DNA of 57,660 nt, the filler included, from Sphacelaria rigidula (Eukaryota): the NCBI GenBank assembly GCA_964200075.2. It is 6 parts of 6 records of this genome, joined end to end, with 100 filler letters (N's around TTAATTAATTAA, not from the genome) between each part and the next. Parts side by side here need not be neighbours in the genome. Positions count along the whole stretch, not along the records: positions 38,509 to 48,034 come from CAXNAA020008295.1; positions 48,135 to 57,660 come from CAXNAA020008296.1; 4 more parts are not named here. One strand, written 5' to 3'. A program made the translations under genes and the position numbers. Below, one piece after another: positions 39,731 to 51,219 of the stretch (position 1 is the first letter of the stretch; each line of letters starts with the position of its first letter). The notes under the pieces were generated by a model. It saw only the letters and a list, made by a program, of their open reading frames with translations. It was not told where the DNA came from and did not search any database.

Positions 39731-40323
39731 GCCGGTCGCCCCAGTGGGTCAGGTGGTAACCTCAAAATCTTCTCACGGTTCGGTCGTGGGTTCATGTCTC
39801 GGAGAGATCTGGGATATTTTCTCACACCATACCCAGGAGTGGAGAGCGACTATGTCGTGGGTAAACAGAATTCGACGTCACGGTTGACGAGGGAAAGGTG
39901 TAATGCGTGAGAGGACCGCATGCTCAGGGGACCGCATCGTCACTGATTGGAGCATCCTTATGCTCAGGGTTAGGGTTGGGGTTAGGGTCGGCGGGGTCCG
40001 GGTCCGGCGCGAGGTCCCTGCAGGGACTGACCCGATTGGTGTTGAAAAACGTCGCTCCTGAGGTGTTTCGAACTACGATGCGGTCCTGTAAGCACGCGGG
40101 CCTCTCACGCATTACAAAGGGACTCCTGAACCCCTTTTGCGATAAAAATGAAGGCAAGCATGGCAGAAGGAAGGTGTAGTACCAAAAGAAAACAAAACAA
40201 GGAAGACTCCTGTGTTGGCTTTCCTCCTGTGTGACCCCGGCTGGTTTGCCCACATGTACCGAGAGGTGGTGTAGACCGGCGTCCACAATAGATGGGGCGA
40301 AAACGCACAACAACACAACACAG
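39731..40323 (+). mobile_element. tRNA-derived SINE copy split by a telomere-repeat MITE (39899-40116)
   Basis: 5' half 39731-39898 and 3' half 40117-40323 rejoin to the SINE consensus. Confidence 0.85.
39899..40116 (-). mobile_element. Telomere-repeat MITE inserted in SINE
   Basis: tgtaatgcgtga...tcacgcattaca with perfect 4-bp TSD aagg. Confidence 0.9.
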
Positions 40324-40532
40324 TTATATCCACCATTAAGGCTCAAAACTACACCACCCTGCTTTGATCCTACGCTCGTGAAGATAAATTGTAGCTCGTC
40401 GTCACAAAATACCCACCAGGACATCTAACAGAACAACGGGGCGGGAATTATACCCGTGAAAATAGGACAGGGTGACGAGACTTCCCGTCCCATCCCGTCT
40501 AATACACGTGAGATTTCGTTATATTACAACAT

Positions 40533-40703
40533 TGTAATAATAATGCATGAGAGGGCCGCGTGCTTAGGGGACCATATCGTAGTCCGGGACACGTCAGGAT
40601 TCATTTTTATCAACATCAATCAGGCCAGTTCCTGCAGGGACCACGCCCCCGACCATAACCATGAGGGTGTTCCAACTCCGATGCGGTCCTCTCACGCATT
40701 ACA
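40533..40703 (+). mobile_element. Telomere-repeat MITE, internally deleted copy
   Basis: Both TIR ends present; telomeric tract largely missing. Confidence 0.75.
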
Positions 40704-40879
40704 GGGGTTTGAAGGGGGTAGGGGCCTGTTTGTGGAAAAGTATGAAAGCCCAAAAAGTTCACCACCCGTGTTCGGAGTTTGGAAGATTCCACGGTAACAG
40801 TACATTAGTTACGGTACCGTGTATATCTAACATATCGTGCGTACCCCTGGTATTTACCGGGGTATCATCGACCGTGGTA

Positions 40880-41200
40880 TGCGTGGGTATCGTAGGTGTG
40901 AGTTTTGACAACACCTGATTGGGCGGGTACGGTAGGCATTGAAATTTCGAAATACCATGGGACCAGAGATATTATTGGAATGAGTTTTGAAAATACCTGA
41001 TGGAACGGGTATGGTAGGAATAATTTATTGGTATCTCAAAATACCTTGGTATCCTAGGTAGCGTAGGTATGACAGTTGAATGTACCCGATTGCGCGGATA
41101 CGGTAGGTACTGGTATCTCGAAATATCGTGATATCATAGGTATCGTAGGTACGGCATTTGAAAATACCCTATCGAGCAGGTACGGTGGGCACTGGTGTAG
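40880..41200 (+). repeat. Degenerate ~83-bp tandem repeat (x4)
   Basis: ggtatcgtaggt...ttgaaaatacc...ggtacggtagg units at ~40886, 40968, 41057, 41139. Confidence 0.7.
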
Positions 41201-41509
41201 ACCAATGACAATGTTTTCGTGAGATTGAGAACAGAGGGAACGATCGAGAGTGAAAAGCGGCCAAGTAGAGAATGAATTGTTTCAGCTCCGGAATGCCACT
41301 CCACGAAGCCCAATATGCTTTCCGTAGTAGCTTGCCACTGAGGCCCTTTATATCCTTGAGTAGGATATATCGATGTGTAGCTGGAAGCACACGTAAGTCA
41401 TGGAGGCAAAGAAAAGGACGCGGGGGGAAAAATTGGCCAAGTTTAAGCGAATGATCAAGGTCATTCTCAATCAGCACTCCACTCTCAATCTCACGGAAAC
41501 GTTGTTTAA

Positions 41510-41608
41510 GCCCTAGACCGCGAGGGAAGTCTTCTATTGAAACGGCATCAATTTCAAGTGACGAAAAGTAATGCATGATCCGGAAAGACTTATCTCGCGA
41601 TCTACGGG
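41510..41608. mobile_element. piggyBac-like MITE, opposite orientation
   Basis: ttaa|gccctagaccgcgag...tctacggg|ttaa; body is the reverse complement of 39428-39525. Confidence 0.8.
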
Positions 41609-42622
41609 TTAATGCGGGAGAGGAGCGCGTGCTCAGGGGACCACATCGGAGTTTCAACACTCGTATGGTTAGAGTTTCGGTTAGTGCAGGTGTTAGAGTC
41701 AGGGGCGTGGTCCCTACAGGAACTGGCCCAATTGATGCTTGAAAAACGTTAATCCTGACAGGGGCAGCGAAAACAAAAATCAGGACACGTAGGCCCCAAG
41801 ATTGAAAATTCGAGTTTTTGAGGGGGGAGGGGGGGGGACACCGAGCCGTGTGCCCCCTGTTTTTTTTGCCGAAGCGTTCGCAGATGCGGTCAGCTGCCGT
41901 ACAGTAGACAGTAGGGATCCTTACATATTATATTTCATATATTATAGTTCATATATTATATTTCATATAATATAGGTCTATATTTTACATATATATGCTT
42001 CGTCTCTTTCATATATACTATAATATACATACTAAATAAAATATATCGTATTTTGTATAAATGGGCGGTATATACTAGATCATGTATTTTTTACATGATT
42101 CTTATAATATCATACTTCGAAGTATATTATACAAATATATAAATATGTAAAAGATTATAAGCAAACATCCACCCCGCAAAGCCATCCAAACTTCTCGGAT
42201 TTTGTCAATGTTCATTCATCAATTTTTCGCAACACAGTGAAGAGAAGATATACAAAAAATCAGGACAATTTTATTTGTCCAACACATGCCCTCCGGCATC
42301 TGATGTCGTCGGGACAGAACGGGCAAGGGGCAGAGGCAGGTATACGAACCCAGCGAGGCCCTCCAGACTTTTCGGCTTTTGTCAGCGTTAATTGATCAAT
42401 TTCTTGTGACAAAATCAACAGAAAAATCAAAACAGTGTCTCTTGATCAATCAATTGCGACAAAGTTGCTAGACTAAATAAAGATCGAAAAAATCATGACA
42501 ATTTTTGAAAAAATGCCCTCCGGGAGGTGTGGGGGGGGAGGGGCGCGTGTCCGAAAATTTCTCCGCGCTGCCCCCTGATCCTGACATGTTTTGAACTACG
42601 ATGCGGCCTCCTCACGCATCAC
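41609..42622 (-). mobile_element. Telomere-repeat MITE split by an 819-bp hAT-like element
   Basis: 41609-41758 and 42578-42622 rejoin at the duplicated atcctga. Confidence 0.8.
41759..42577. mobile_element. hAT-like non-autonomous element with AT-rich core
   Basis: TIR caggggcagcg / cgctgccccctg; 7-8-bp TSD atcctga(c). Confidence 0.8.
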
Positions 42623-42709
42623 ACAATATACATTAATCAAAATCAATCATGGGCACAAATGTAATGACGTGTTTGATACTCTGCTCGTGGTCTGTGCCGC
42701 CTGCCTGAC

Positions 42710-42743
42710 CTCCCATGTGTGGCCAGCATAGCTTCATAATTTT
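42710..42743 (-). CDS. Possible exon 4 of secreted His1 protein (KNYEAMLATHG)
   Basis: catcag acceptor, phase 1-2, AG|gtcagg donor; short, so chance match possible. Confidence 0.4.
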
Positions 42744-42872
42744 CTGATGTTGGTGGAACACCATGCAAGTATAAACGTCAGCAGCATGCAGTGATTGTGT
42801 TCAGTGAAGAGCGACGGCACGATGACTGTTGTTGTTGCCGTTGAGTCCAACGGCGAAATAAAGCACACTGAC

Positions 42873-43056
42873 TCTGGACGCAGTAGACTGTAGGGTCAAA
42901 ACCGGTCGGGGTTTTCCCGGGATTGTTTTCTATGCCGGTATCCCAACACCCATGACCATGGAAACATGCGTTTTCATCTGTAGCGATATCAAATCGTTTG
43001 AGAACCCCAAATGTGGCACAGTCTCCATCTCGGTCCAATTTTGGAGGGGTCGCTGT
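42873..43056 (-). CDS. Exon 3 of secreted His1 protein (TATPPKLDRDGDCATFG...CFHGHGCWDTG...VYCVQ)
   Basis: ccctcag acceptor, phase 0-1, A|gtcagt donor, 184 nt open frame, Cys/Gly/Pro-rich. Confidence 0.6.
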
Positions 43057-43890
43057 CTGAGGGTTGATCGTACCATCAATGTATTATCATGATCGACACC
43101 GCTGTCGGATATCTCCGAAAGTTTCGGGACTGGCAAAATACACCTGATGGGGCTCCAACACTTGTGGGCACCGGCCCGAGTTGTACCAAGTACACATAGC
43201 GCAGTTCTTCAAAGTGCCGAGTTTCAGTCCGATTTTTCGAACTCCTACAAAAAATAAGCTTCGGAGGAAAAATCGAGTCCCGTCGTTTTCGAACAAGTCT
43301 GAAGGCAAAGTCCGAAAAGTCGGAAAATGTCCGACACTGCGAAGAAGACGGTATCGATGATGATACTGGCCTTGGAATTTTACTGGCGGGGCTTCCACGT
43401 GAATACCTCGAGCTTTCACCGATATTCACGTGATTGGCCCTTCGCGGAGGTTGATATTGTTTCGCTTGCCAACCGGGCGCGATGAAGTGCAATCTCCAAT
43501 TTTCACGTATGGATCGCGGGTACTGTATTGCAGCCCTGCCTATTATGGCCTAGTTCGCATTGCAGTACTGCGGTACTGTCCGCACGAAGAACACAGGGCC
43601 ATTCTTGTCGTGGATTCGATTGAATCCGTACATCTCGCATATGACGCGCTCCCGACCTACACTGTGAGATGCATCTTCATCCGAGCGCCTCGGCCATAGA
43701 CGTGGTCTGCAGCGGCACCTTTCAATGACGATGTTAATCCCTCCTTCCGAGAACCTGTTCCCGTCTACACATTTTGAACCCTGGAGCATGACCATTTCAT
43801 ACGGAACCCGCGGCTTGGGAGGGAAAATATACAAAGGCAGGTCGAGTAGAGTATACTCAATTGTGGGGTATTTGAAGGAGGTACTGTGAA

Positions 43891-44249
43891 AGCCGGTCGC
43901 CCCGGTGGCTCAGTTGGTAAACTCGAAACCTTCTGACGGTTGAGTTGGTTCGATTCCCGGAGCGATCTGGGATTTTTTCTTACACCATGCCCAAAAGTGG
44001 AGAGCGACCATGTCGTGGGTACACAAAATTCGACTTAACGGTCGACGAGGGAACGGGACGGCTGATCCCCTCTCGCGATAAAAAATAAAATGGCAAGCAG
44101 AGCAAAAGGAAGGTGGGGTACTAAAAAAAAAAAACTCCTGCGTTGACCTTCCTCCTGTGTGACCCCGCCTGATGCGCCCACATATGCCGAAAGGGGTAGA
44201 CTGGCGCCCAGAATTAAAGAGCCGATACTACACACACACACACACACAC
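43891..44249 (+). mobile_element. tRNA-derived SINE copy nested in hAT MITE
   Basis: A-box tggctcagttgg, B-box ggttcgattcc, (AC)n tail. Confidence 0.85.
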
Positions 44250-44373
44250 TTGGGGTACTCAAATTAGGGTAGAGCGTTGGGATTCGTACCAACTGGGTGG
44301 CGATCCCTCAAACCCTACCCCCAATTTGTGTACGTCAAGTACGACTTTCAAAATACCCCGCAATTGAGTACAC

Positions 44374-44560
44374 TGTAATGCGTGAGAGGACCGCGTGCTT
44401 AGAGGACGGCGCCGTGGCTCGAAACTCCTCACGATCGACGTTTTCAGAAACCAATCGGGCCAGTCCCTGCAGGAACCGCGCCCCTGACTCCAATCCCAAC
44501 CCTACGGATATTCGAATTTCGACGCGGTCCTCTAAGCATGCGGTCCCCTCACGCATTAGA
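44374..44560 (+). mobile_element. Telomere-repeat MITE nested in the hAT MITE TIR
   Basis: TIRs present; flanks acac/atac restore host gagtatactct. Confidence 0.85.
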
Positions 44561-45028
44561 ATACTCTCCACTCGACCTACCCTTGAAAATATATGAAAAA
44601 GCCTCTACATCACTAAGCGGCGATGAAACTCGAATAATAGCACGATTTGATTCCTCAACTCTGGTAAAACTCTAATCCCCCAATGTAACCCACGTTTACC
44701 TCAGCAGTACAGAAGAGCCCACACACACCATTTCAGTCCCAGGACACGGAGCTCTCAGTGCAGGTACATGTGCACATATGTCTACAGTATATAATCGAAA
44801 AATATGCTGGATCTTCATAACCGTTCACCAATTTGAAAATCAACAGACGACCGGCTACCAGTCAGTGACGCGAAGCCCAACATCCCTCCGTGCCTCCTCG
44901 GTAGTCAGTAGTGCCATACTAGTGTCAGAGACTCATCACGTATCCATCTTATGTGTACCATGTGCCATGAGGTAGGTAACAAGCGGGCGTCGGTTTTCCC
45001 AAACTCAAACAGCAAATGATGCGGGAAC

Positions 45029-45211
45029 CGTAATGCGTGAGAGGACCGCGTGCTTAGAGGACCGCATCTGAATTTAAACATCCCCATGGTTAGGGTTAGG
45101 GTTAGGGTTAGGGTCAGGGGCGTGGTACCTGCAGGGACTGACCCGATTGGTTTTAAAAAACGTCGATACTGAGGTATTTTGAACTACGGCGCGGTCCTCT
45201 CACGAATTACA
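45029..45211 (-). mobile_element. Telomere-repeat MITE with perfect (TTAGGG)4 at 45090-45113
   Basis: 4-bp TSD gaac/gaac; lies in intron 2 of the His1 gene. Confidence 0.9.
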
Positions 45212-45301
45212 GAACCGACCTCATTTCCGTCGACGTATTCAATTGCAGAGGGGGACGGGGGGAAGGGACGGGGCTGTCGCGTTCAAAACGCGCGCGCATA
45301 C

Positions 45302-45410
45302 GAGTTGTTGTTGCCAGAAGGATGGATATGGGTTGTAGCCTCCTACGGGAAGAGCTGTTTCGTTCGTACTGCCCGGGCAGCAGACAGTTGCGGAACTTGC
45401 ACGTGAATAC
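45302..45410 (-). CDS. Exon 2 of secreted His1 protein (QYSRASSATVCCPGSTNETALPVGGYNPYPSFWQQQL)
   Basis: cagcag acceptor, phase 2-0, gtatgc donor, open in the required frame. Confidence 0.65.
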
Positions 45411-45846
45411 CTGCTGCGCCGTCAGTAGTGCCTGTGCTGTACTGTCTGTACAAAAGAAAAGGTCACAAAACACCTTCTTCCGTGCTTGGTTGGTGTGTCT
45501 CGTGTGTTGCGTGTTGGGAACCGGAACTGTTTTCGCATGCTGGAAAAAGTCAATCCCTGGTGATGTGCGCCGTACGGTATTATGGTATATTCCACGCAAT
45601 GAAGGTGTGCGACGACCAAATTCTCCGAGAAATAGACTACCCAAATCGAACCAGACCAAGAATGGACCTCAAAGTCGCCCAAACATCCTTCTATTATGAA
45701 GTGAAGCAGGATAATACAGGGTCCAAAGGTGCCGCTTGTGTAGTGTGGGCACTATGGGGCATATCCACGACATACATTAAACGCAGCGGCCGACATTAAT
45801 GCAGTAAACCTAAAAGCGATACGGCTCACTTGATGCAGTAACTCAC

Positions 45847-45947
45847 TGCCGGCTTTCGACGAGGTAGATGTGCCCCTCCACGGTGGAAGGAGCGACCAGC
45901 AACGAAGCCAAGCCGGCTGCAGCGATCCAGGCGCATGGCTGGGGCAT
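45847..45947 (-). CDS. Exon 1 of secreted Cys-rich protein: signal peptide then His1 (MPQPCAWIAAAGLASLLVAPSTVEG/HIYLVESR); candidate LPMO-like histidine-brace protein
   Basis: ATG at 45947, hydrophobic core and V-x-G cleavage site, CA|gtgagt donor (phase 2). Confidence 0.7.
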
Positions 45948-48034
45948 TATTATGCAGTGGATCCACGTGTAATTGGTGATGGACTTCCAAGCCACGACGA
46001 CAGAGGGTCCACCGCTCTAGGGTTGGGGGTCAAGGCCGTAGTAGTCGAGTGATTGGTAGGCTTGTTTGTGTTGTTCAAAACTCATTTGATTTCAATCGGG
46101 TTCACATTTTGTCAACGTGCCGCATTGCGTTTGGCACAACAAGCTGGAACACCTGATATTACGAGAACAACAGACAGATACTGAAGGGTCGGTTCACGAA
46201 TATTTACCGTAAAGATTTTTTTCGTACGTCGGGCACATTCAAGGATGGCGATGGTTGTGGCATCTCTGGACAGACACGTCAAGGGAGGGTCCATGAACTA
46301 AAAGTAAGATATTTACCACGAAAGAGGTCTCGTCGAAATGCCGTGGATATAGTCTCAACCGATATCGTCTTTGGTATAATTCGTTCTCTTCGGCACGTTG
46401 ATCTTTACCGCTAATATTTCGATATTTTCAAAAGCCGACCGGCAGTGCGCCCGCCGATCGCTGGCTGCGATATCTGTTGATTTCCCCGTTCATGCGCGTG
46501 TTGCCGTTGCGTTTTTCGTGCGTGCGTGAGTGCGTGCGTGTGTGCGCGCGCGTGCGAACGTCATTTTCGAAAATAGCGTAGTGCCTCGATAGCCCCCCTC
46601 AACCACAACGACCACGAAATTGTCACGAACGAAATGGTGGTACGGCGCGTGGTGGCTGCTTTCATAATGCCTCAAGCTTCTCATATGGGCGCGAAATTGG
46701 CGAACACGATCCCAAGTGCGGGAGTCCTCAGTTGCTCGGTGTGCCCGACTCTTGTGAATTTGATTTACCTATCGGTTTTACCTCCTCACACCAGCCACGT
46801 TTTTTTTTTGGGAGGGGGGACCTATTATTGTTGCATCAGCCGATCGTAATCGCGCCCCTGTTCCCTCGCGGAGTCTTCGTACCGCCGTCGGTCGGTTCGT
46901 CTGGGGAGTCAGATTCCGTCGGGTGTGGGTACTTTGACATCTCGCTAGATCGTGGTGAGTGTTTTGTTCATTGGACCAAACATTCGCCGTCATAGACCCT
47001 GAATATGCTGCAAACTTACCCGCCTACATCGTCATCATGTCCCTTTCACGAACGAGCTTTCCGTCTCAACGTTTTGCCAGGCGTACAGTACACATGCACA
47101 ACTTATTCCTCGAAAACAGCACGTGAGTACATTCTTACCAACCCGACCCAACCTCCACACTAGAGGCCTGGACAAAACTTCTGTAATCAAATGAATAAGT
47201 AGCAGCGTTTCCTGGAACATCTACAATATTGACCCGAGATTTCTTGTTCAACCAAGCCTGTGCAGGCATGACGAGAGATCCTGCTCAGTCATGCTCGTTG
47301 AGCCTGCCTGCCTGGGGTTAGTTTGCTACTTGCTGTGTACGTTGCCAGACGGATTGATAAGGTTGATTCGATCCATTGTAGCACTTTAACTGACCACCTT
47401 TGCCAGGCGTCAAATCGAATTTCTGAGAGCGTCACCGTTCAGGGTGCCCACGCATGTTGCATTGGCCCCGTTCGAGCCTGGCGGGGTCGACGACAACAAA
47501 ATGGTCGCGGTTTGAGTCTCTAGACTCCCGGTAATAACCGCTGATAAATATTATACATACAAGCGGCTCACCGGGGACGAAAATATCCTGACCCCGTGAT
47601 TTATCATGTTGGTTTGTGTACTTATTGTTTTGTCGCGTCAAACGTGCTATTATGGTGCCATTATGCTGTCTTTGTGGCGAGGGGGGGTTGTGGTACAAGG
47701 TACTAGGTACTACCGGGTGCAAAATATTCTCCGACAATTTCACATTTTTGGGAAAGAAGGTAGAAGCTGCCAAATATGTTTGATATTTGACGGGGGGGGG
47801 GGGGGGGGGGCTGGATCCCGGTTAACAATACACGGGTGGCCACTGGGGTCTGTAACCTGGACTCTTCGGGACCTTGTCCACATTTGGTGGGGTCCGCGGA
47901 TTAGGTGGACTACTGAAGAGCATTCGCACAGCATGGACAGGTTCGAAACAAAACATGTTCATACGTCGGACGAGTCATCACTCGTCGAGACGAGTGCACT
48001 CGTGGATGTTTTTCGAAAACACAACGAGCATGAC

Positions 48035-48134
48035 NNNNNNNNNNNNNNNNNNNNNNNNNNNNNNNNNNNNNNNNNNNNTTAATTAATTAANNNNNNNNNN
48101 NNNNNNNNNNNNNNNNNNNNNNNNNNNNNNNNNN
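48035..48134. other. Artificial contig linker
   Basis: Same 100-nt linker. Confidence 0.97.
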
Positions 48135-49349
48135 GGTGGGTTTAAGGCAGATGGGGGGTGTGAAGAAGGGGTACAACCATTTGGCATCCCACCCCAAACT
48201 CTCACCATGACCCCCCCCCCCCCCCCCTCCCCTCTCCTCTTGCTGTACAGTAATTCAACATTGCTACAATCAAGTGGCAATGGCTGTACATCGGTCAGCG
48301 AGATGTTGCTACGACGACAATTTGTTTTTTGCGGGCCGTGTACCCAGCCTGGGCCCATGCTCTCGTTTGTGTTCGGGATGTGCGCACCCTGAGGCAAAGA
48401 GTAATAGCATTATTACACAGTACACCACCGCTGTGCTTTGGGTTGAACAGCTGTCACAGTTGTCATCATGGTTGTATTTTGTTGTATTTGCTCTCGAACG
48501 ACCCCGTGTTCTCGTTCCATCTCCAATTGATGTAGTCGGTCAGGTGCTCATTTGTTTTACTCGTTTGCCCCATTCTACAGCAACAGCGTGGGCAGGTAGC
48601 CAACACACACACTTGTTTCGACAAAATGTCAGTGTGTATACCGCTTTACTTAGCACAGGATAGCACAGTGAGGCCCTTGGGTCCGATGTATAGAACACTA
48701 GTACACTGGAGTTCGCCCCCGCCTGTTCTAGGTTGGGAAGTAAGTTGAGGGTTTCGTTTCAAGCAAGAGCCAGGGGAGCAAACAAGTTCGTGCGAGTAGG
48801 ATGGTCCCACACTGCTGTAAATCTATGTAACCCTTGCTTTCGCGACCAATGCACACACACACCCTGTGCTACAGTATAACAGTAGGCCATCATTCATCAT
48901 TTCGCGAGACTGAACTAATCGCATGAGCAGATGAGCAGATACCGACCGCGCTTGAGCAACCGAAGAGATGTGATGGGCGAGGCACAAATGAGCAAGCTTC
49001 CACTCCAAAAAATGACTCCTCAAGGAACGTTCTCGGATATTCATGGTTTTGAAACAACCCCAACAGCTGACGCCGACTTCAACCCAAGTCATACCAAGAA
49101 GCCTCGGACAAGGGGAGTGCAGAAAGTGATCTAGGCAAGGTGTGCGTCGGCGGACCTCGGGACGGCGCCTGTGGCGCCGATTTCTCAAAGAAAGCATTTT
49201 GCGAACGCCGGGAGCGCTCCAGACTGTTGGTCCCTGAAGACCCGAATATCGGTGCTCTAATATTACACGAAGTACTAACATCGAGAGAGTTCTTCAAGAA
49301 GCATTCGACGGAGTGGAAACCCCTACTGCACCAAGGAAGGGAAAAGTTT

Positions 49350-49604
49350 CACACGTCGGACAGCTCATGAGCTACCGAAAACAACAAATCGAAGGGGACT
49401 CTCAGATTGTTCATCCAAAAACACAAATTACGTGACAGCAGGGACCGAGAAGCCAAAGCGCTACCTTTGCGCTTCTCCGCGTGCTCGGTGTCCAGCGCTG
49501 TAGGGAGAAAATATCGAAAAAGCGATCACATGAGCTAGCTCGTGATCCGAATCAGTACAAAAATAAGAAGTAATATTTAGGTAGCTCATGAGCTGTCCGA
49601 CGTG
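49350..49604. mobile_element. MITE with TIR cacgtcggacagctcatgagctacc; other copies 27570-27807(-, truncated) and 24387-24563
   Basis: 25-bp TIR at both ends; internal body nearly identical to reverse complement of 27570-27807. Confidence 0.85.
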
Positions 49605-49904
49605 CCAAAAGTTTCCCAAAATCTGATGCAACTGTTTGTCCATTGAAGTATCCCCATCACATGAATCATGTACTGTTGGCGTCCGGCAGGCCATCACTTG
49701 TCATCGGTGAAACTGAAATCCGTTTGCAGATCAGGTTGCAGGCAAGGTTGTTCACACGACGACCACTCGAAACATGGGCCTAAGACAAGCTCTTGTAGCG
49801 CCCACTTGTTGAGGTAGCCTGTTGTTGGTCTAGTCGTCTAGTCAGGTTAGGGGGTGTTCAGAACAGATGTACAATGAAAAGACACAACGCCCTTGTAGAA
49901 ACAG

Positions 49905-49971
49905 GAGGGTCTGGTCCTTTGGAACACCTCCACGCACACGGGTGTCATTATCGGTACAATTATCATTGCGG
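49905..49971 (+). CDS. Candidate upstream exon (TM0) of the OSCA gene (EGLVLWNTSTHTGVIIGTIIIA)
   Basis: aacag acceptor, G|gtgagt donor, hydrophobic run; could not be joined in phase to 56070. Confidence 0.3.
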
Positions 49972-51219
49972 GTGAGTGGAGGCCACCATGAGCGGTAGCC
50001 GCGTAACTATTAGCCAATGGTATGGTGAGGCATGGCGCTGACAGAGCCTCCGGCAGAGTACAGTTAGCTGCAAGTGCTTTTCTGTGTGATAGCAGACCCC
50101 CCCCCCCCCAAATTGCAACACGCCCAATCAAACATGGACATGACGTACCATGTCAACAACCCTTGAAAGCCATAAAAAGGCTATGAACACATGCGGTGTT
50201 CATACTCCAAATGTCAACGGGACTGTCAATGCACTCACGAGGAAGTGAGAGAGCTAGGGCTGTGAACTGACAGCTCTAGCAGTTCAAACCGGCCGCTGCC
50301 AGCTGGTGAGAGGGCCAAGCGGGAGCGGCGCTGGAGTACAACGAAAAAAAAACGTTATTTGGCTTGCTTTCCCTTTAAAAAGGTGCATACTGTAGTTATA
50401 AGAAATGTGACTCCTCCGTTGAGAAGCCAAGAGGGTCACCTGGCATTGAATCCCATTCAAAGCGGTAAGCGATTCGGACACCATTAATCGTAGCATGCAG
50501 CAGCAGAGACTGTCCTTGAGGAGCGGAGGATGGGAACAGGGAAGCCAAGGCTGGCAACAAGTCGGGGAAAGAGCGCAAAAATCATGAACGTCCTGACCGA
50601 CAAACACGCATGTAGTTGTACCAAGCCATGCTGTATTTCTTCGTGTTTTGTAGTCGTGGGTTACCGTTTGTTTAATCTTGTTTTTGAATGTCGTGCAACG
50701 GAACGACAATCGTTGGCATATATCTGCTTCCATCATTTCGATGTGTAGTGAGCACTTGCTGCATCATGTTCAAAACGCTCATCATGCAATTGGCAATCGG
50801 CGATTGGGGTTTGTCATTCAGCAGTTCCGCATCAAGCGTCCCGCCGTATACAAGTTATTATTTACCTGGTATGTAAATAAGTCACGAGTGCCTTCTTTTT
50901 CTTACTTCATTTTCCTCACGGTCCTTCTGACGGACCAGCCATCAACCTGCACACTACGGCCGAGAAAAACGGTAAATTGCATAACCACGAAGTGCACCAA
51001 CCAAGCAGACGAGACAAAAAAAAAGCAGAAAACACCTCAAGTTTGTAGCCAGCTGGTGACTGGCCAAAGGGAGACCCACTCTTGATGCGCTATGGTACAT
51101 GGTACTACCAGGGAACGTCAGACCTATGCTTTACAAGTCGACCCAAACACGAAAGACGAAGCATGAAGCTGTGCACAGCTGCTTCACGCATCATTGACAG
51201 AAACAATTTCCTTCGACTC

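Larger units (their letters stand above)
43832..44585. mobile_element. hAT-like MITE (family A) hosting a SINE and a telomere-repeat MITE
   Basis: Same TIR as 4350-4516; perfect 8-bp TSD aaaatata (43824-43831, 44586-44593). Confidence 0.88.

Noticed and set aside
45088-45120. True telomere or chromosome end
   Set aside because: Only four repeats, embedded inside a TIR element with TSD
46300-46960. Bidirectional promoter shared by the His1 gene and the OSCA gene, with (CGTG)n tract
   Set aside because: The OSCA exons are in another contig. The + strand donor at ~46954 cannot be tied to a gene.
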